The translations under genes and the position numbers were made by a program. The notes beneath the pieces were generated by a model that worked only from the letters and a program-made list of their open reading frames with translations, ran no database searches and was not told the DNA's origin. Positions 1-64,000 of a DNA stretch of 64,000 nt are shown one piece after another (position 1 is the stretch's first letter; each line of letters starts with the position of its first letter). Source of the stretch: Ginglymostoma cirratum (lineage: Eukaryota); NCBI GenBank assembly GCA_024137785.1, contig JAHRHZ010000041.1:33192642-33256641 (forward strand). Direction: 5' to 3'.

Positions 1-1044
1 CCAGGAATCAGTCTGCTCAGCCTTTGTTGCACTCCCTCCTTAGCCAGATCAAGAAGAGATTACGCAAATTTAATACTCTAGAATCTAAATGCTGGATTGA
101 TCAATGTTCTTGTGGTATTAAGGGGAAACAGGATTAAAGGTAAACAGATAAATTCTTTGTGCAGGTCGGAGACTTTAGGACTTCAGAACTTGTAAATCAA
201 TTAGAGCCAGACCTGTAAGGGGATGTTGTTAATTTTAAAATATAAGATTGATATGTGAGACTGTACAGGGATAGGCTGGAAAGATGCAGTCAAGTCACTA
301 ATCAGCCATGATCTTATTGGATGCCACAATAGGATAGAAGGGGCTGAATGGCCTCCTGTTTTCATGTGGCTTTGATTTCCGTCATGTGGTAAGGAGGTGG
401 GGTTGATACTAAATGTTCAAGAGGTGTAAATGTTACTGTTTAAATCCTCTCACCTACCCCTCCACTCCATGTCCCCTCGCTCAGTAAATACAGGCGGCTC
501 TGGCTGAGTTGGAGACAGTCACTCCAGGGACAAAGTAATGTGGGAATTAATTAATTTGAAAGTGATCCCACGTGGTGGAGTGTGAACGGAGACTAAAGAG
601 GCTGCATAAATATCAGTTTGTGTGAGGTACTGGACAGGGAGGGAATGGGCAGTCACGGGAAGAAAAGCCTTTGTGAAGAAACGTCAGTTTAATAATGTTG
701 AATTATCCTAAGTGGAATTGACTTAACAAAACACTGGCACGTTCGTTCTTACCCAGTGAGTTTCGGTTCTCATCTGCCAAAGTGTCAACTGCACAGTCTG
801 GTAAATGAACTGTCGAGCGTAATTTCCACCACCTTCCCCCCCGACCCCAAAACCATAACCTAACTGTTTTAGTCTGTTTCAAATGTTGAGCTTTTCAAAT
901 AAACACTCATGTGACACTTTCTTGGGCCATTGGTCGGCAGCTTCAGCCTGTTCCGTTTAATGTTTATGTTACAGTTACCACTTCTTGAAGTGAAAGTGTG
1001 TTGACTCTCCGTGTGAGATCAATCAGGCCGCAGCCCCACAGGAG

Positions 1045-1430
1045 GGGGAGAGGGAGGGAGACACAGCTGAACAGAGAGAGATGGAGAGATAAAGTGGGAG
1101 AGAGTGAGATGGAGACAAAGTGGGTGTGTAAGAGTGAGATAGAGACAGAGTGAGAAAGAGAGAATGAGATTGAGACAAAGTGAGAGAGAGTGAAATAGAC
1201 AAAGTGGGGGAGAGAGAGAGATGGAGAAGTAAAGTGGGAGACAGTGAGATAGAGACGTAGTGGGAGAGAGTGAGATAGACACAAAGTGAGAGAGAGTGAG
1301 ATAGAGACAAAGTGAGAGAGAGAGAGAGTGAAATAGACAAAGTGAGAGAGAGAGAGAGATGGAGAGATAAAGTGGGAGAGAGTGAGATAGAGACAAAGTG
1401 GGAGAGTGAGACTGAGATAGAGACAATGTG
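1045..1430. repeat. AG-rich minisatellite (unit about 24-28 bp, e.g. GAGATAGAGACAAAGTGGGAGAGAGT)
   Basis: Visible tandem near-repeats; they explain the low-complexity S/L/H ORFs at 964-1594. Confidence 0.9.
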
Positions 1431-1431
1431 T

Positions 1432-1750
1432 GAGTCTTTTTTCTCAGGGTAGAAATGTCATTTACTAGGGGACGTAGATTTAAGGCAAAAGGGGGAAAGT
1501 TTAAAGGAGATGTGAGGGGCAAGTTTTTTATACAGAGCGTGGTATGTGCCTGGAATGCCAGAGGAGGTGGTGGAGGTAGATACAACAGAAACATTTAAGA
1601 GGCATCTTGACTAATATATGAATAAGCAGGGAATAGAGGGATCTGGACTGCGTAGAAGCAAAAGGGTTTTAGTTTAGAAAAGTGTCATGTGTCGGTACAG
1701 GCAAGGTGGGTTGAAGGGCCTTTCCTGTGCTGTCATGTTCTTTGTTCTTC
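1432..1750 (+). mobile_element. CR1/HER1-type LINE 3' fragment
   Basis: Typical CR1 3' end: 'ggggcaagttttttatacagagcgtggtatgtgcctggaat...gaagggcctttcctgtgctgt...atgttctttgttct'. Confidence 0.85.
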
Positions 1751-4099
1751 ATTAGTATGTACCTGGACATCTACCTCAGCCAGCATCTGATTTCAAAATA
1801 CCACCGTCGCCCAGTGTTGTACTCAGTGATGCAGCAATCTCTGACCTGGGTTGTGTTAACTCATCTAAAGTGGGCTAGTTATTAACATAACCTTTAGCTA
1901 GGAACAGGGAATAGAACTACCTGGACTGACTGCCTCTGATTTCTTGCAGGCAATCCTCCTCCATCAGTGTGACCTTTTCATTGTCAAGCAACCCAAAATC
2001 ATCTTTAGTAAGGCAAGTCAATGCCAAGAGCATGTGGGTGGACAGTGGGCTCTGACAGCCACCGTGATCAAACAGGCTGCTAGCCACTCACCATCACCTC
2101 TGCCTGGAATCTGACCATTTGGACAAGGTACTGGAACACAACCAGTCTCTGTGGATGTGTTTCTGAAGCACGTTTATGGAGAGCTTTCATTGATTCATTC
2201 CTTTAAGAGTAGTGCCATGTTGGGGTTCAGCCATGGCTCAGTAGCAGCACTTTTAATGTTCTTGTTTGGCAAAGAAATTGAAAGTTATCCAGGGTGGATG
2301 GCATATAGAGTTTAAAACACAAACAGATTGGCTGTGATTCTGTTAGATTGGGAAACAGGCTTGATGGGCTGAATGGCCCACATCTGCTATTAATTTGTAT
2401 GCTCATTCGTAGCATCTGCCATTGAATTGACAGGATGTGAGTTGCAAGCAAATTGGGTGCATTACCGGTTGACTGCTGCAGATTTGCTGAAGGTTTCAAA
2501 CCCCAAATCCACCGGAGCCACCAGCTTGATGAGAATTATCCATAGTCACTATGTTGAAAGTAGGGCAGGGTTTTCGCTCTGCTATCCTGGCCAGTAATTA
2601 CCCCACAATTAACAGATGGGGTCAGTTGCCCATTGCTGTTTTGGGAACTTGGTATGCACTTTTCTTTTAATTCTTCACAAGGAGGTGGGTGGCAGTGCCA
2701 ACATTTCTTGGCCATCTCTGATTTCCCTTGAGAAGGTGGTGGTGTGCCACATTCATGAACTGCTGCAGGCTGAGTGCTGCAGGTACACCCACAGTAATTG
2801 CTGGCTCTGTTTCCCACAGTATAGCAGCGACTACTACTTTAAAAGGACTTCATTGTCAGTGCAGGACTTTGGCATTTATATAACGCCTTTCACAATCTCA
2901 ATATGTTCCAATGTGTTTTCTTTTTACCAAAGAGCAAGGAGGTTGATTGATATTTACAGTTTGTCAGCTCTGACTGATGTAAGAACAAAGCCAAACTTGG
3001 AATGGCTGTTGTGCTCACTTCTCGATGTGTTTTGTTCTCATTGAATGTGTGTGCTATTTATCAAACTCATTATCAGCAGTCAGTGCTCCCAGATTTTACA
3101 CAGAGAATGGTTTAGATACTGGAGGAACAGCACCAATTTATATTACCTGTGGAAATATTAGAGTCTGAACTAAAGCCCACGCTATTGCCCTCAGACTGAA
3201 ATTTCCAACGTTCCACCTTATTGTGCAAAATTCAGGCAAATTTACTTCTTGCGCTTATTTGAGATTGCCCTCAATTTATTTCCTGTGTTGGAATCTAAGC
3301 CTATCAGAGAGAGGAGATTGCAATCTTGTCAGGTCCTCAAGGTGAAAGGGCAACGGTCTGATTCAATCCAAGCCACCCACAGTCCCCTAACAGTTTTTTG
3401 TTTGTTAAAACTTTGGAGAAACCTTGTTGACATGAATTATTCATTGACCCGGCTTTATGTGTGTCTCACACAAAGAACTCTCTGGCCTATTTCAACTTTC
3501 TAACCCAAGTTAATCTTGCAGAAACTGAATATAAACATTCAAGAGAGATCCTCTCAACACTGTTTCATGAATGAGTGTCAAGTACTGCCTGAATTGAAGC
3601 AAATACAAAACAAGCTTTGCCAAGAAACGTTCTGCATGGATCTGAAGTATAAACTGGAGATAAAGGCAGCTAATGGTCAAATCATTGCATTGTGGTTTTC
3701 TGAAGCCTCATTCATAAATGAACCCAAACACAACCGAAAATATAGACAATAAGCTGCAGAGAGTTGGCTCTAACTGATGCTGTTGTGTGTCACTTTTTGG
3801 AGAATGAGAATATTTACTTGTCTTAGATCAACAATAGGAATACAACAGAGATCGGTAATTTGGGATTACATCGCTGGTAGCTCCTCAAAGTGAAAAGGAC
3901 ACATCACTCTGCAGACTTTGGCATTAACTTATACATGGAGTTGTATTTAACATGAGGAGGCTGTTACACTGCAGCGTGCTCAAATTTACGCTACAGGTAT
4001 GATGGAAGGATTTACAGGTTGATAATGTCCATGTTACAAGCACATCTTCCATGGGGCTGGAACCCAGAGGCTCTAGGTCAGAGGTAAGACACTGCCCTG

Positions 4100-5100
4100 G
4101 CACCACAGAATTGTAACAATGCTGAAGGAAGCCATTCTACCCATTTTGCCCACAGTGGTTCTATCACCCAGTGCCAATCTCCTGTCTTTTCCCCTACACT
4201 CCAGTTCAGTCTAAAGAGTGCTCCAATACCCTCTTTAACGGCTCAATCGCACCTGCATCCACCAGCTTTCTAGGCAGTGCATTCCAGAGCCTAACTACTC
4301 ACTGGGTGAAAAGCTTTTTTCTCACTTGTTTCATTTATACATCACTTTAAATCTCTGCTCTCTCATTCCTTTAAAGAGCTGGAACAGCTTCTCCCTATTT
4401 ACTGTGTCCAGCCTGCAAAAGATTTTGAAAACATCTATCAAATTTCTTCCTTTTCCTTCGGCCTTCTTCATTCCAGCCTCAGGCGATTGTATAGAGTTTG
4501 TGCATTCTCCCCATCTGCATGGGTTTTCTCTACATACTCCAGTTTCCTCCCACAGTCCAAAGATGTGCACGTTAGGGTGGATTGCTATGCGGAATTGCCT
4601 GTAGTGTCCAGGGATCTGCAGGCTCGGTGGACTAGCCATGGGAAATGCAGGGTTACAGGGATAGGATAGGGGGTGGGTCTGTGTAGGATTATCTTTGTCG
4701 GGTCAGTGTGGACTTGATGGACCAAACGGCCTGCTTCCACACTGGAGGGATTATATGATTGTATGATTCTTCCTTCCAGGGTGAACAGTCCCATCTTCTT
4801 TAATCTATCCTTCTAACTGTTTTTCATTCCTGGAACCATCCTTGTAAATCACTTTTGTACTCTAATACTTTCACATATTTCCCATAATTCACATATAATG
4901 CAATAGCCAGAACAGTACACAGTACTCCAGCTCAGGACCCACTAATGTCCTATACAAGTTTAAAATGACTGCCTGTTCTTCTATTCTATGCCCCTACCAA
5001 TAAAACCAAGAACACTGATTTATCAAACTGCTCTCTCCACCTTTCCTGTCACCTTCGGTGCACAGATCTACCCAGGTCCCTATGCTCCTGCACCTCCTTT
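4100..5100 (-). mobile_element. Old CR1 LINE fragment, interrupted by a SINE
   Basis: Reverse-complement CR1 motifs ('ggcagtgcattccag', 'gaacagtacacagtactccag') on both sides of 4470-4768. Confidence 0.65.
4470..4768 (+). mobile_element. HE1/V-SINE-type tRNA-derived SINE (5'-truncated)
   Basis: V-domain 'gagtttgtgcattctcccc...ctccagtttcctcccacagtccaaagatgtgc' plus CR1-like tail; flanked by ttcttc(a/c)ttccag at 4464-4476 and 4767-4779. Confidence 0.8.
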
Positions 5101-5592
5101 AAAACACAAGACTATCTATACTGTAAGAGAACTCAATGCAATTGTGGCAATGAAAGGAAAGCATCTTGTCCACTGAGTTTGATAGTGACAGAGATGTTGA
5201 TGCACTGTAATAATATCTGATGTGAGTTGATAGACTTATCTGTAAATCAGGTATGAAACAATCAATGGTTTCCCAAACTCTGGGCCACAACCAGAGATAG
5301 AGGTCACAGGAACACCAGATAGGGTTGTGAGCTCCCCCTTCTCCAAGGCAGCAAGAACAGTGGCGAAGAATGTCTAGAGATGCTGGTGGGGCACCAAACA
5401 CAAAGGGGTAGATAGCGAGTGTGACTCAGTGACTGACTGGCTTATATTTCTGGAGTGTGAGAGAAATTGGGGAGTAGAGGAGTAATGTGATTGAGCTGTG
5501 AGTGGCAGCTTCAAACCCTTGGATTTCTGTGCTTGTCTGTCTGGTGTGCAGACTCCTTACCCCAGCCACCGCTTCAGAGTCCACTGCTTTTC

Positions 5593-6048
5593 GTCAGGAA
5601 TGTTGCCAGGGTTGAAAGTTTGAGCTATTGGGAGAGGTTGAATAGCCTGGGGCTATTTTCCCTGGAGCTTCAGAGGCCGAGGAGTGGACTTTATAGAGGT
5701 TAATAAAATCATGAGGGGCATGGATCGGGTAAATAGACAAGGTCTCTTCCCCCGGGTGCAGGAGTCCAAAACTAGTGGGCATAGGTTTAAGGTGAGTGGA
5801 GAAAGATTTAGAAAAAAACCTAAGGGGCAATTTTTTCACACAGAGTGGTGCAAGTGTGGAACGATCTGCCAGACGAAGTGGTGGAGGCTGGTACAATAAC
5901 ATTTAAGAGGCATCTGGATGGGTATATGAATAGGAAGGGTTTAAGAGGGATATGCACCAAATGCTGGCAAATGGGACTACATTAATTTAGGATATCTGGT
6001 CAGCATGGACAAGTTGGACCAAAACAACTGTTTCTGTACTGTACTGCT
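5593..6048 (+). mobile_element. CR1/HER1-type LINE 3' fragment
   Basis: Encodes 'LSYWERLNSLGLFSLE...IEVNKIMRGMDRVN...TSGHRFKV...FFHTE', the CR1 ORF2 C-terminus, followed by the 3' UTR. Confidence 0.9.
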
Positions 6049-7387
6049 CAGAACTAGAGAAGAGAAACTGATTGGTGTGGGTGTGTGTTGGGGATAGTGG
6101 AGGTTTGGGAGTTTTTATTGTGGGGCTGATATGCGAGGATGGGGAAGGGGCTGAGTAGTGTGTGTGTCTGATGAGTGTTCAAGTGTTGCACCTAACTTGG
6201 ATCTTCAGGCCACTACTGGAATCATATTGTATGAGCTAGCTGGACTTTCCCTCTAGACCTCCTCTGACGTGTGAGAATTCATATATTCTCCCATTTGATC
6301 CTACCTACCCTGAAATCAGGAGCTGGGTCAGTTAGGGCACTTCATACCTTTAACAGAAGTAGGTTGCTGAAACCCACATGCACCAATCCTAGAAAGTCAT
6401 CTATAATCAGCAAACAACCAAAATGATATGCTAAAACCAGACCCTCATGCAGGCATATCTTATAATACAGTACCTGCTTCCATTCTTTCAACAAAATAAC
6501 CCTTACTGGCTGTAAAGAAGGGTGTTAGTCACCTTTTGCTTGGGACCATAATCAGCTTCCCCTTGTATCAGTCACTGAATTGCACTATGTAGGATATGTA
6601 AGAGCTACACTGGAAGAGCTATTGAATTCAACTGGAACAAATTGAACTAATTTGTCATGCTATGGCTCAGCTAGAATAATTAATATTAATTGTACTCCCA
6701 TTCACTGCTAGAGAAGGCTTTCTTCCCAACCAATTCTGATATGAATTCAGTGAACACTGTTGGTTGATTTAGTTTTACGAAGTGGAATGGTAACACACAA
6801 ATTTAAAACAAAGGCAAAAGTTTGTTTTCACTTTAGTTGTGTATATACAACTGTCCAGTGATGAGACTTAACATAAACTTCAGAGACCAGGCTCATCTTT
6901 GATTTTTAGTTTCCTGATCTCAGGAAGACCAACAGAAGTAACAAGACAAGGGACTCATTAGGTTTGGGAGGCAACTATCAAACCATATCCCACTTCCTGC
7001 CCAGCAACAGCTGCTGCAAAATGGAAAGGTAAATTGGACAGATTATGGGAAAGGTAAATTTAATTACAATGAAATTCCAAGGCAGATCGCTCAGGAATAT
7101 CAATTGCCCGAATCACTAACAAATTTCCTCAAATGCAAATGTTTCCTCTGGAAAGTATGGGAGCAAGTGGAGAAGGAAAATTGCTTGTTAGGACATGGTT
7201 ATATGCTGCAGGTACCCATACTGATTAGGGCAAACTTTCAGTTCTTGCCCAGCTAGCAATATTTACTAATTTAAATTCTGCGGACAGAAAACTGTACTGG
7301 CACCCATAACCTTTTGGCATAGATTTTTAATACAAGATGACTCAGTTTAATACCCTTTTAATCAGACTTCCCCAGAAAATCAAGAAA

Positions 7388-7486
7388 TAGAGAAACAACT
7401 CCACACACAACAGTTCTGGGTGCTACATGGTACTGCTGCAGCACTACGACCCATAGCAAGTGAAGGCAACAGTATCATCTTTTAAT
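7388..7486 (-). terminator. Candidate polyadenylation signal (ATTAAA at 7481-7486), CA cleavage site near 7461, GU-rich downstream element
   Basis: Minus strand reads ATTAAAAGATGATACTGTTGCCTTCA ... TGTTGTGTGTGGAGTTGTTTCTCT. An alternative AATAAA lies at 9493-9498. Confidence 0.5.
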
Positions 7487-10400
7487 ATTAACAGTATCTT
7501 ACAAACAACATCTCATTGAGCTATCATATTTAAAAATATGTACAATTTCAACAAGAATATTACAACCATTTATGAAAATATAGCATATTTTCTATATAAT
7601 ACAAAAACATGCATTAAAAAAAGACAGCACTATTTGTTTTCGATAGAGGGTGACAGGCAAGAGTACAAAATATAGAAAATTTCAGCCAGTTTGATTTCTC
7701 TTGAAACAATCGGTACTGGGGACAAAGATATAGGGACATAATGCGGCATGTTGTAGAGGCTGGAGGTAATATTTCACCACTAGATGCCCTCAGCATGGAA
7801 CCTCACAGTCAGGGCACAATTCAAGAAACTGCACTGAGCCCACGGCTTTCTGTCAATGGGATCCCAATGAAAATTATGACAGGATTCAGTTTGACAATCA
7901 ACAAATATCCTTAGACCCCAGATTCCCCAGAAGAGCTCACTGGATCAGGAATACAAACCCTGACCGAATCTGTTCCTCTCTGAGCAGCCGGGCCAACTGT
8001 TGCTCTTCTATTGTTACAGTGGACACAGAGTTGTGGGCTGAGAGATTTCCTGACTAAAGCCCTAGCAGGTGAGGCTCAGCACCATGACTAAATAGGAAAA
8101 ACAATACCCTTTCATTTCCTCTGCCATAAACATCTGTATGGTATAGTATCAACAGTTATCTTATTTAAAATATTCCACAGACAGGAATTTAACAAATGAA
8201 GTAACCAGCATGCCAAAATATTTTTGTATGGGGAATGTTATAATGATCATCTGATCCTTGACCCTCCTAGCCTGCAGGATTAAGGTCGCTTTAAAAGCCC
8301 TCTGCAGGGTTAGATATTCTTTTGTGATTTAAGCAAAAATTGAATAATCTTTCTACAAGCCACACAATTGATAATGCACCAATTCCCAAAGTTCTCATGT
8401 GAGCAAATGCATTTGCTGGCATCACTGTGTGGAGTGGGTTTACCAATTTAAATGATATTGATTTGCCATTCTTTTTGCAATTTAGTCACTGGCTAACTGG
8501 GGCACCTCTGCATTGTTCATGGGACTGTCAGATTGCAATGCTACTTGAAAATGCAGCCATTAGTGATTTTGCATGGGAGTGTTGAAATTAGAGAATTTAA
8601 AAAGTAAAAAAAAACCCCACCAAATTCACACATGATGTGCAACATTTAGGGGCCATGCCTGATAAGTGTTTTGAGATATCCAACCCCTCTGTTGTGTTCA
8701 CTCTCATTTTGTAGTGTCTTAGTCCTGTATTATGCTTATGTACACACAAGCATGGTGGTTACAGATTTTTTAAAAAAAGCAGAAATGGTAAAACCTAGGA
8801 AGCACTGCATACACACAGCGATACGGCAGCATCATCAAGAAAAAGCAGAGGGACTGGCTAATTCCTAATGCAGGATCCCACTTAAAGCATTAGCCACCTG
8901 CTTTTTTTCTTCAAAACACAGAACTGGAGACCATATGAGGTAAAAAGGTGTAGAGCTGGATGAACACAGCAGGCCAAGCAGCATCATAGGAGCAAGAGAG
9001 CTTGACATTTCGGGCCTGGACCCTTCTGCTTGGCCTGCTGTGTTCATCCAGCTCTATACCTTGTTATCTCAGATTCTCCAGCATCTGCAGTTCCTACTAT
9101 CACTGGAGACCATATCCTCGTTTCACTCTGTCATTCAGACTCCTGAACATTACTGGATATCCTCGAACCTGCATCTACAGCAATAATTCAACACCATGTT
9201 TTCACTCAAAGGTAGTAGAAAATTAGTTTTAGCAGCCAGGAAATTACAGTAACCGTACTAGGAGCTTGGAACATCCTATTTACACCAAATAGATTTTGCT
9301 TATCCATACATATACTTTGTTTTTTGACCATTTACTGTAAGAATCATGCAATAATCAGTTTTCATGCCATAACCATTAGTAGCAGAGACCAACCATTCAA
9401 CTCCCTCATATCATCTACCCACCATTCTAAGCCTGGGATTCTGCTTCTGTTGGAATAAAAAGCCACCTTTCACATTATTAGTCACCAGTTCTTTTATTTT
9501 TTTTCCAGCTTGTTCGTCACCATGGTGGTGCAACTGGAGGTATTTTCCCAATTAATTTGACAACGAACATTAAAGATGTCCATTATCACTTGTGGGAACA
9601 ATGCTCATAGTGTTGTGTATTATATTAAATAAGATGAAATGATAAATGATATGGGAAATTTTGTACCCAATGGCAGCATCGAAAAATGAGACTGATTAGA
9701 GGGAAAAATGTTGATTGCAGTGGAATGGTAACACAAACACTGAATGGAAACAGGCAGAATCATAAATTTCTTTGCTGCTTCCCCTAGTACCAATAAACAA
9801 ATTGCAGAAATTGATGGCACACAAGCTGGAACTCCAATGGTTCTCCTTTGTTCAGAAACACCCAGGCTCAAGGCTAACACAAACAGAATGGGACAGAAGA
9901 TGCCTAAAAACTGAACACATCATTAATAAACAACTTCACGTCACAATAAGTACAATATACGGTAACTATCATTAAGGAAACCAGAAAATGGCTTGCACAC
10001 TGCAATACATTAATAAGGCTGCAATGTCAACCAAGTACAAATAGTTTCAGTGAAACTTCATTTTCCCTCAACTAATTAAAGTTAATGCTGTATCAGGTGG
10101 GTAAAATGCATCCAAAAAGTGCATTCACCAGGCAATTGAACATAAACCTTTGTCACACTCCCAAAACATTACAATGGTACCAGTTGGTTTGGTTAGTTGG
10201 TGCAGTTGGGTCTGCTGGCCATCTGCTTTCTTTGCATGAACAAAAACTGGTGAATCTCTGTACCTCCACCAACATGGACATCAAATGTTTTGCTTTGCAG
10301 TGTTGCTTGCTTTCCCAGGATGCAAATTCAGCACAAACTCCAGCTGCCAAAAATGCACATTATTGTCTTCAGGAATTCAGAAGACAAGACAACACATTGC

Positions 10401-11230
10401 TTGTTTCAACTATGTGAGTTTCTACTGTTGTTGATTGAAACTACCAAGAAAAGTACTAGCTGGAAATGTTGTCTTCCACAATGGCGTAAGCAGCCAACTT
10501 GCCTGATTTCAGTCAGATCAGCAAGCACCAAAGATAGAAAGGAGTAGGGCATATTGCAATAGATCTTGTCCTAACCTGAGATGGTGTTAAATGATTGAAA
10601 CTCATTGTGGTGAAGCACTGTCTGATCTGTCTAATATTGCAATTGATTAAAAAATAAAAAATTGGTAGTAGATCCACGGTTACAATGAGGACAGCGATAT
10701 GAGCTTTCAACCTGACTGAAATCAAGCTGGTCCATGTAAATGGATTAAGTTTAAAGAAATTCTTTCACAAGCCTCATTACAACACCTTGGTAACTTTGTA
10801 TCTCATGCGTCATATTAAGGTTCCATTGCAACCAGACTGTCTGGTTGCATTACCCGTTGGATGGGTTCTTTCAGGGATCAGCTCCCTCTATCTTCGTCTA
10901 GGTATTGAATCTTAAAATGCCCTCCTTACAAGTGCTTCTCATTCCACCAGATAGGCATGATCTGACATTAATTAACAATTTCTATAGCTTTTTATATTAT
11001 TACAAAACTTTATACAAAACAAGGCTAAAACTCCACATTCTGCAGAGAAGGAATATCTCTTCAGAAAGCATAAATAATTAAAAAGGGTGAAGACATCTTT
11101 AAACCAGATACATTCATATGGAGTAATATTTTACTACTACAAAAAAATAAATAGTATTTTTTGATCCCTCCTCGGTCCTTCCAGTGACTGGCTGCAGTTA
11201 CTGGGTTCAGGCAAACAGGGAATGGGGCTC
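7461..11230 (-). other. CDON: Probable CDON 3' UTR (about 3.8 kb)
   Basis: Follows the stop codon; nearly free of TEs compared with the introns; AU-rich terminal segment 7480-7690; ends at a candidate poly(A) site. The 3' end is inferred. Confidence 0.55.
8937..9101. mobile_element. Fold-back PLE terminal-repeat insertion in the CDON 3' UTR
   Basis: 37-bp inverted arms 8945-8981 / 9026-9062; 14-bp TSD ACTGGAGACCATAT at 8923-8936 and 9102-9115. Confidence 0.8.
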
Positions 11231-63990
<52,760 letters not shown>

Positions 63991-64000
63991 CTGCATAAAA

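Noticed and set aside
1045-1430. CRISPR-like array
   Set aside because: Eukaryotic context and no unique spacers; it is a simple minisatellite.
964-1594. Three overlapping 105-191 aa minus-strand ORFs
   Set aside because: Translations of the AG minisatellite and antisense CR1; low complexity with no protein signal.
1-7380. A neighbouring gene downstream of CDON
   Set aside because: No convincing exon, splice-consistent ORF or CpG island; mostly repeat fragments.
7775-7791. CTCF-like motif CACCACTAGATGCCCTC
   Set aside because: Mismatch in the core GGC and no other support.

Overview
Eukaryotic, repeat-rich vertebrate DNA, most likely a cartilaginous fish (shark), judged from HE1/V-SINE-, CR1/HER1- and Penelope-type repeats. 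One gene dominates, on the minus strand: CDON (Cdo, Hedgehog co-receptor; 5 Ig + 3 FNIII + TM + cytoplasmic tail). I traced 18 coding exons with GT-AG borders and consistent phases from 63990 down to the TAA stop at 11231-11233 (3743 nt, about 1247 aa). The ATG/signal-peptide exon lies beyond the right edge. A probable 3' UTR of about 3.8 kb runs to a candidate ATTAAA poly(A) signal at 7481-7486. Introns and flanks hold CR1, L2, Vingi-like and other LINE remnants, tRNA-SINEs, a probable solo LTR and simple repeats. The most notable non-gene signal is about ten Penelope-like-element (PLE) terminal-repeat insertions. Five are short fold-back palindromes with 12-15 bp target-site duplications (TSDs), and several carry minimal hammerhead-ribozyme cores (CUGANGA-helix II-GAAAC-GUH), some intact on the CDON pre-mRNA strand. 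Almost all ORFs in the supplied track are spurious or are exon/TE fragments. All calls are by eye, and comparisons with human CDON are from memory.
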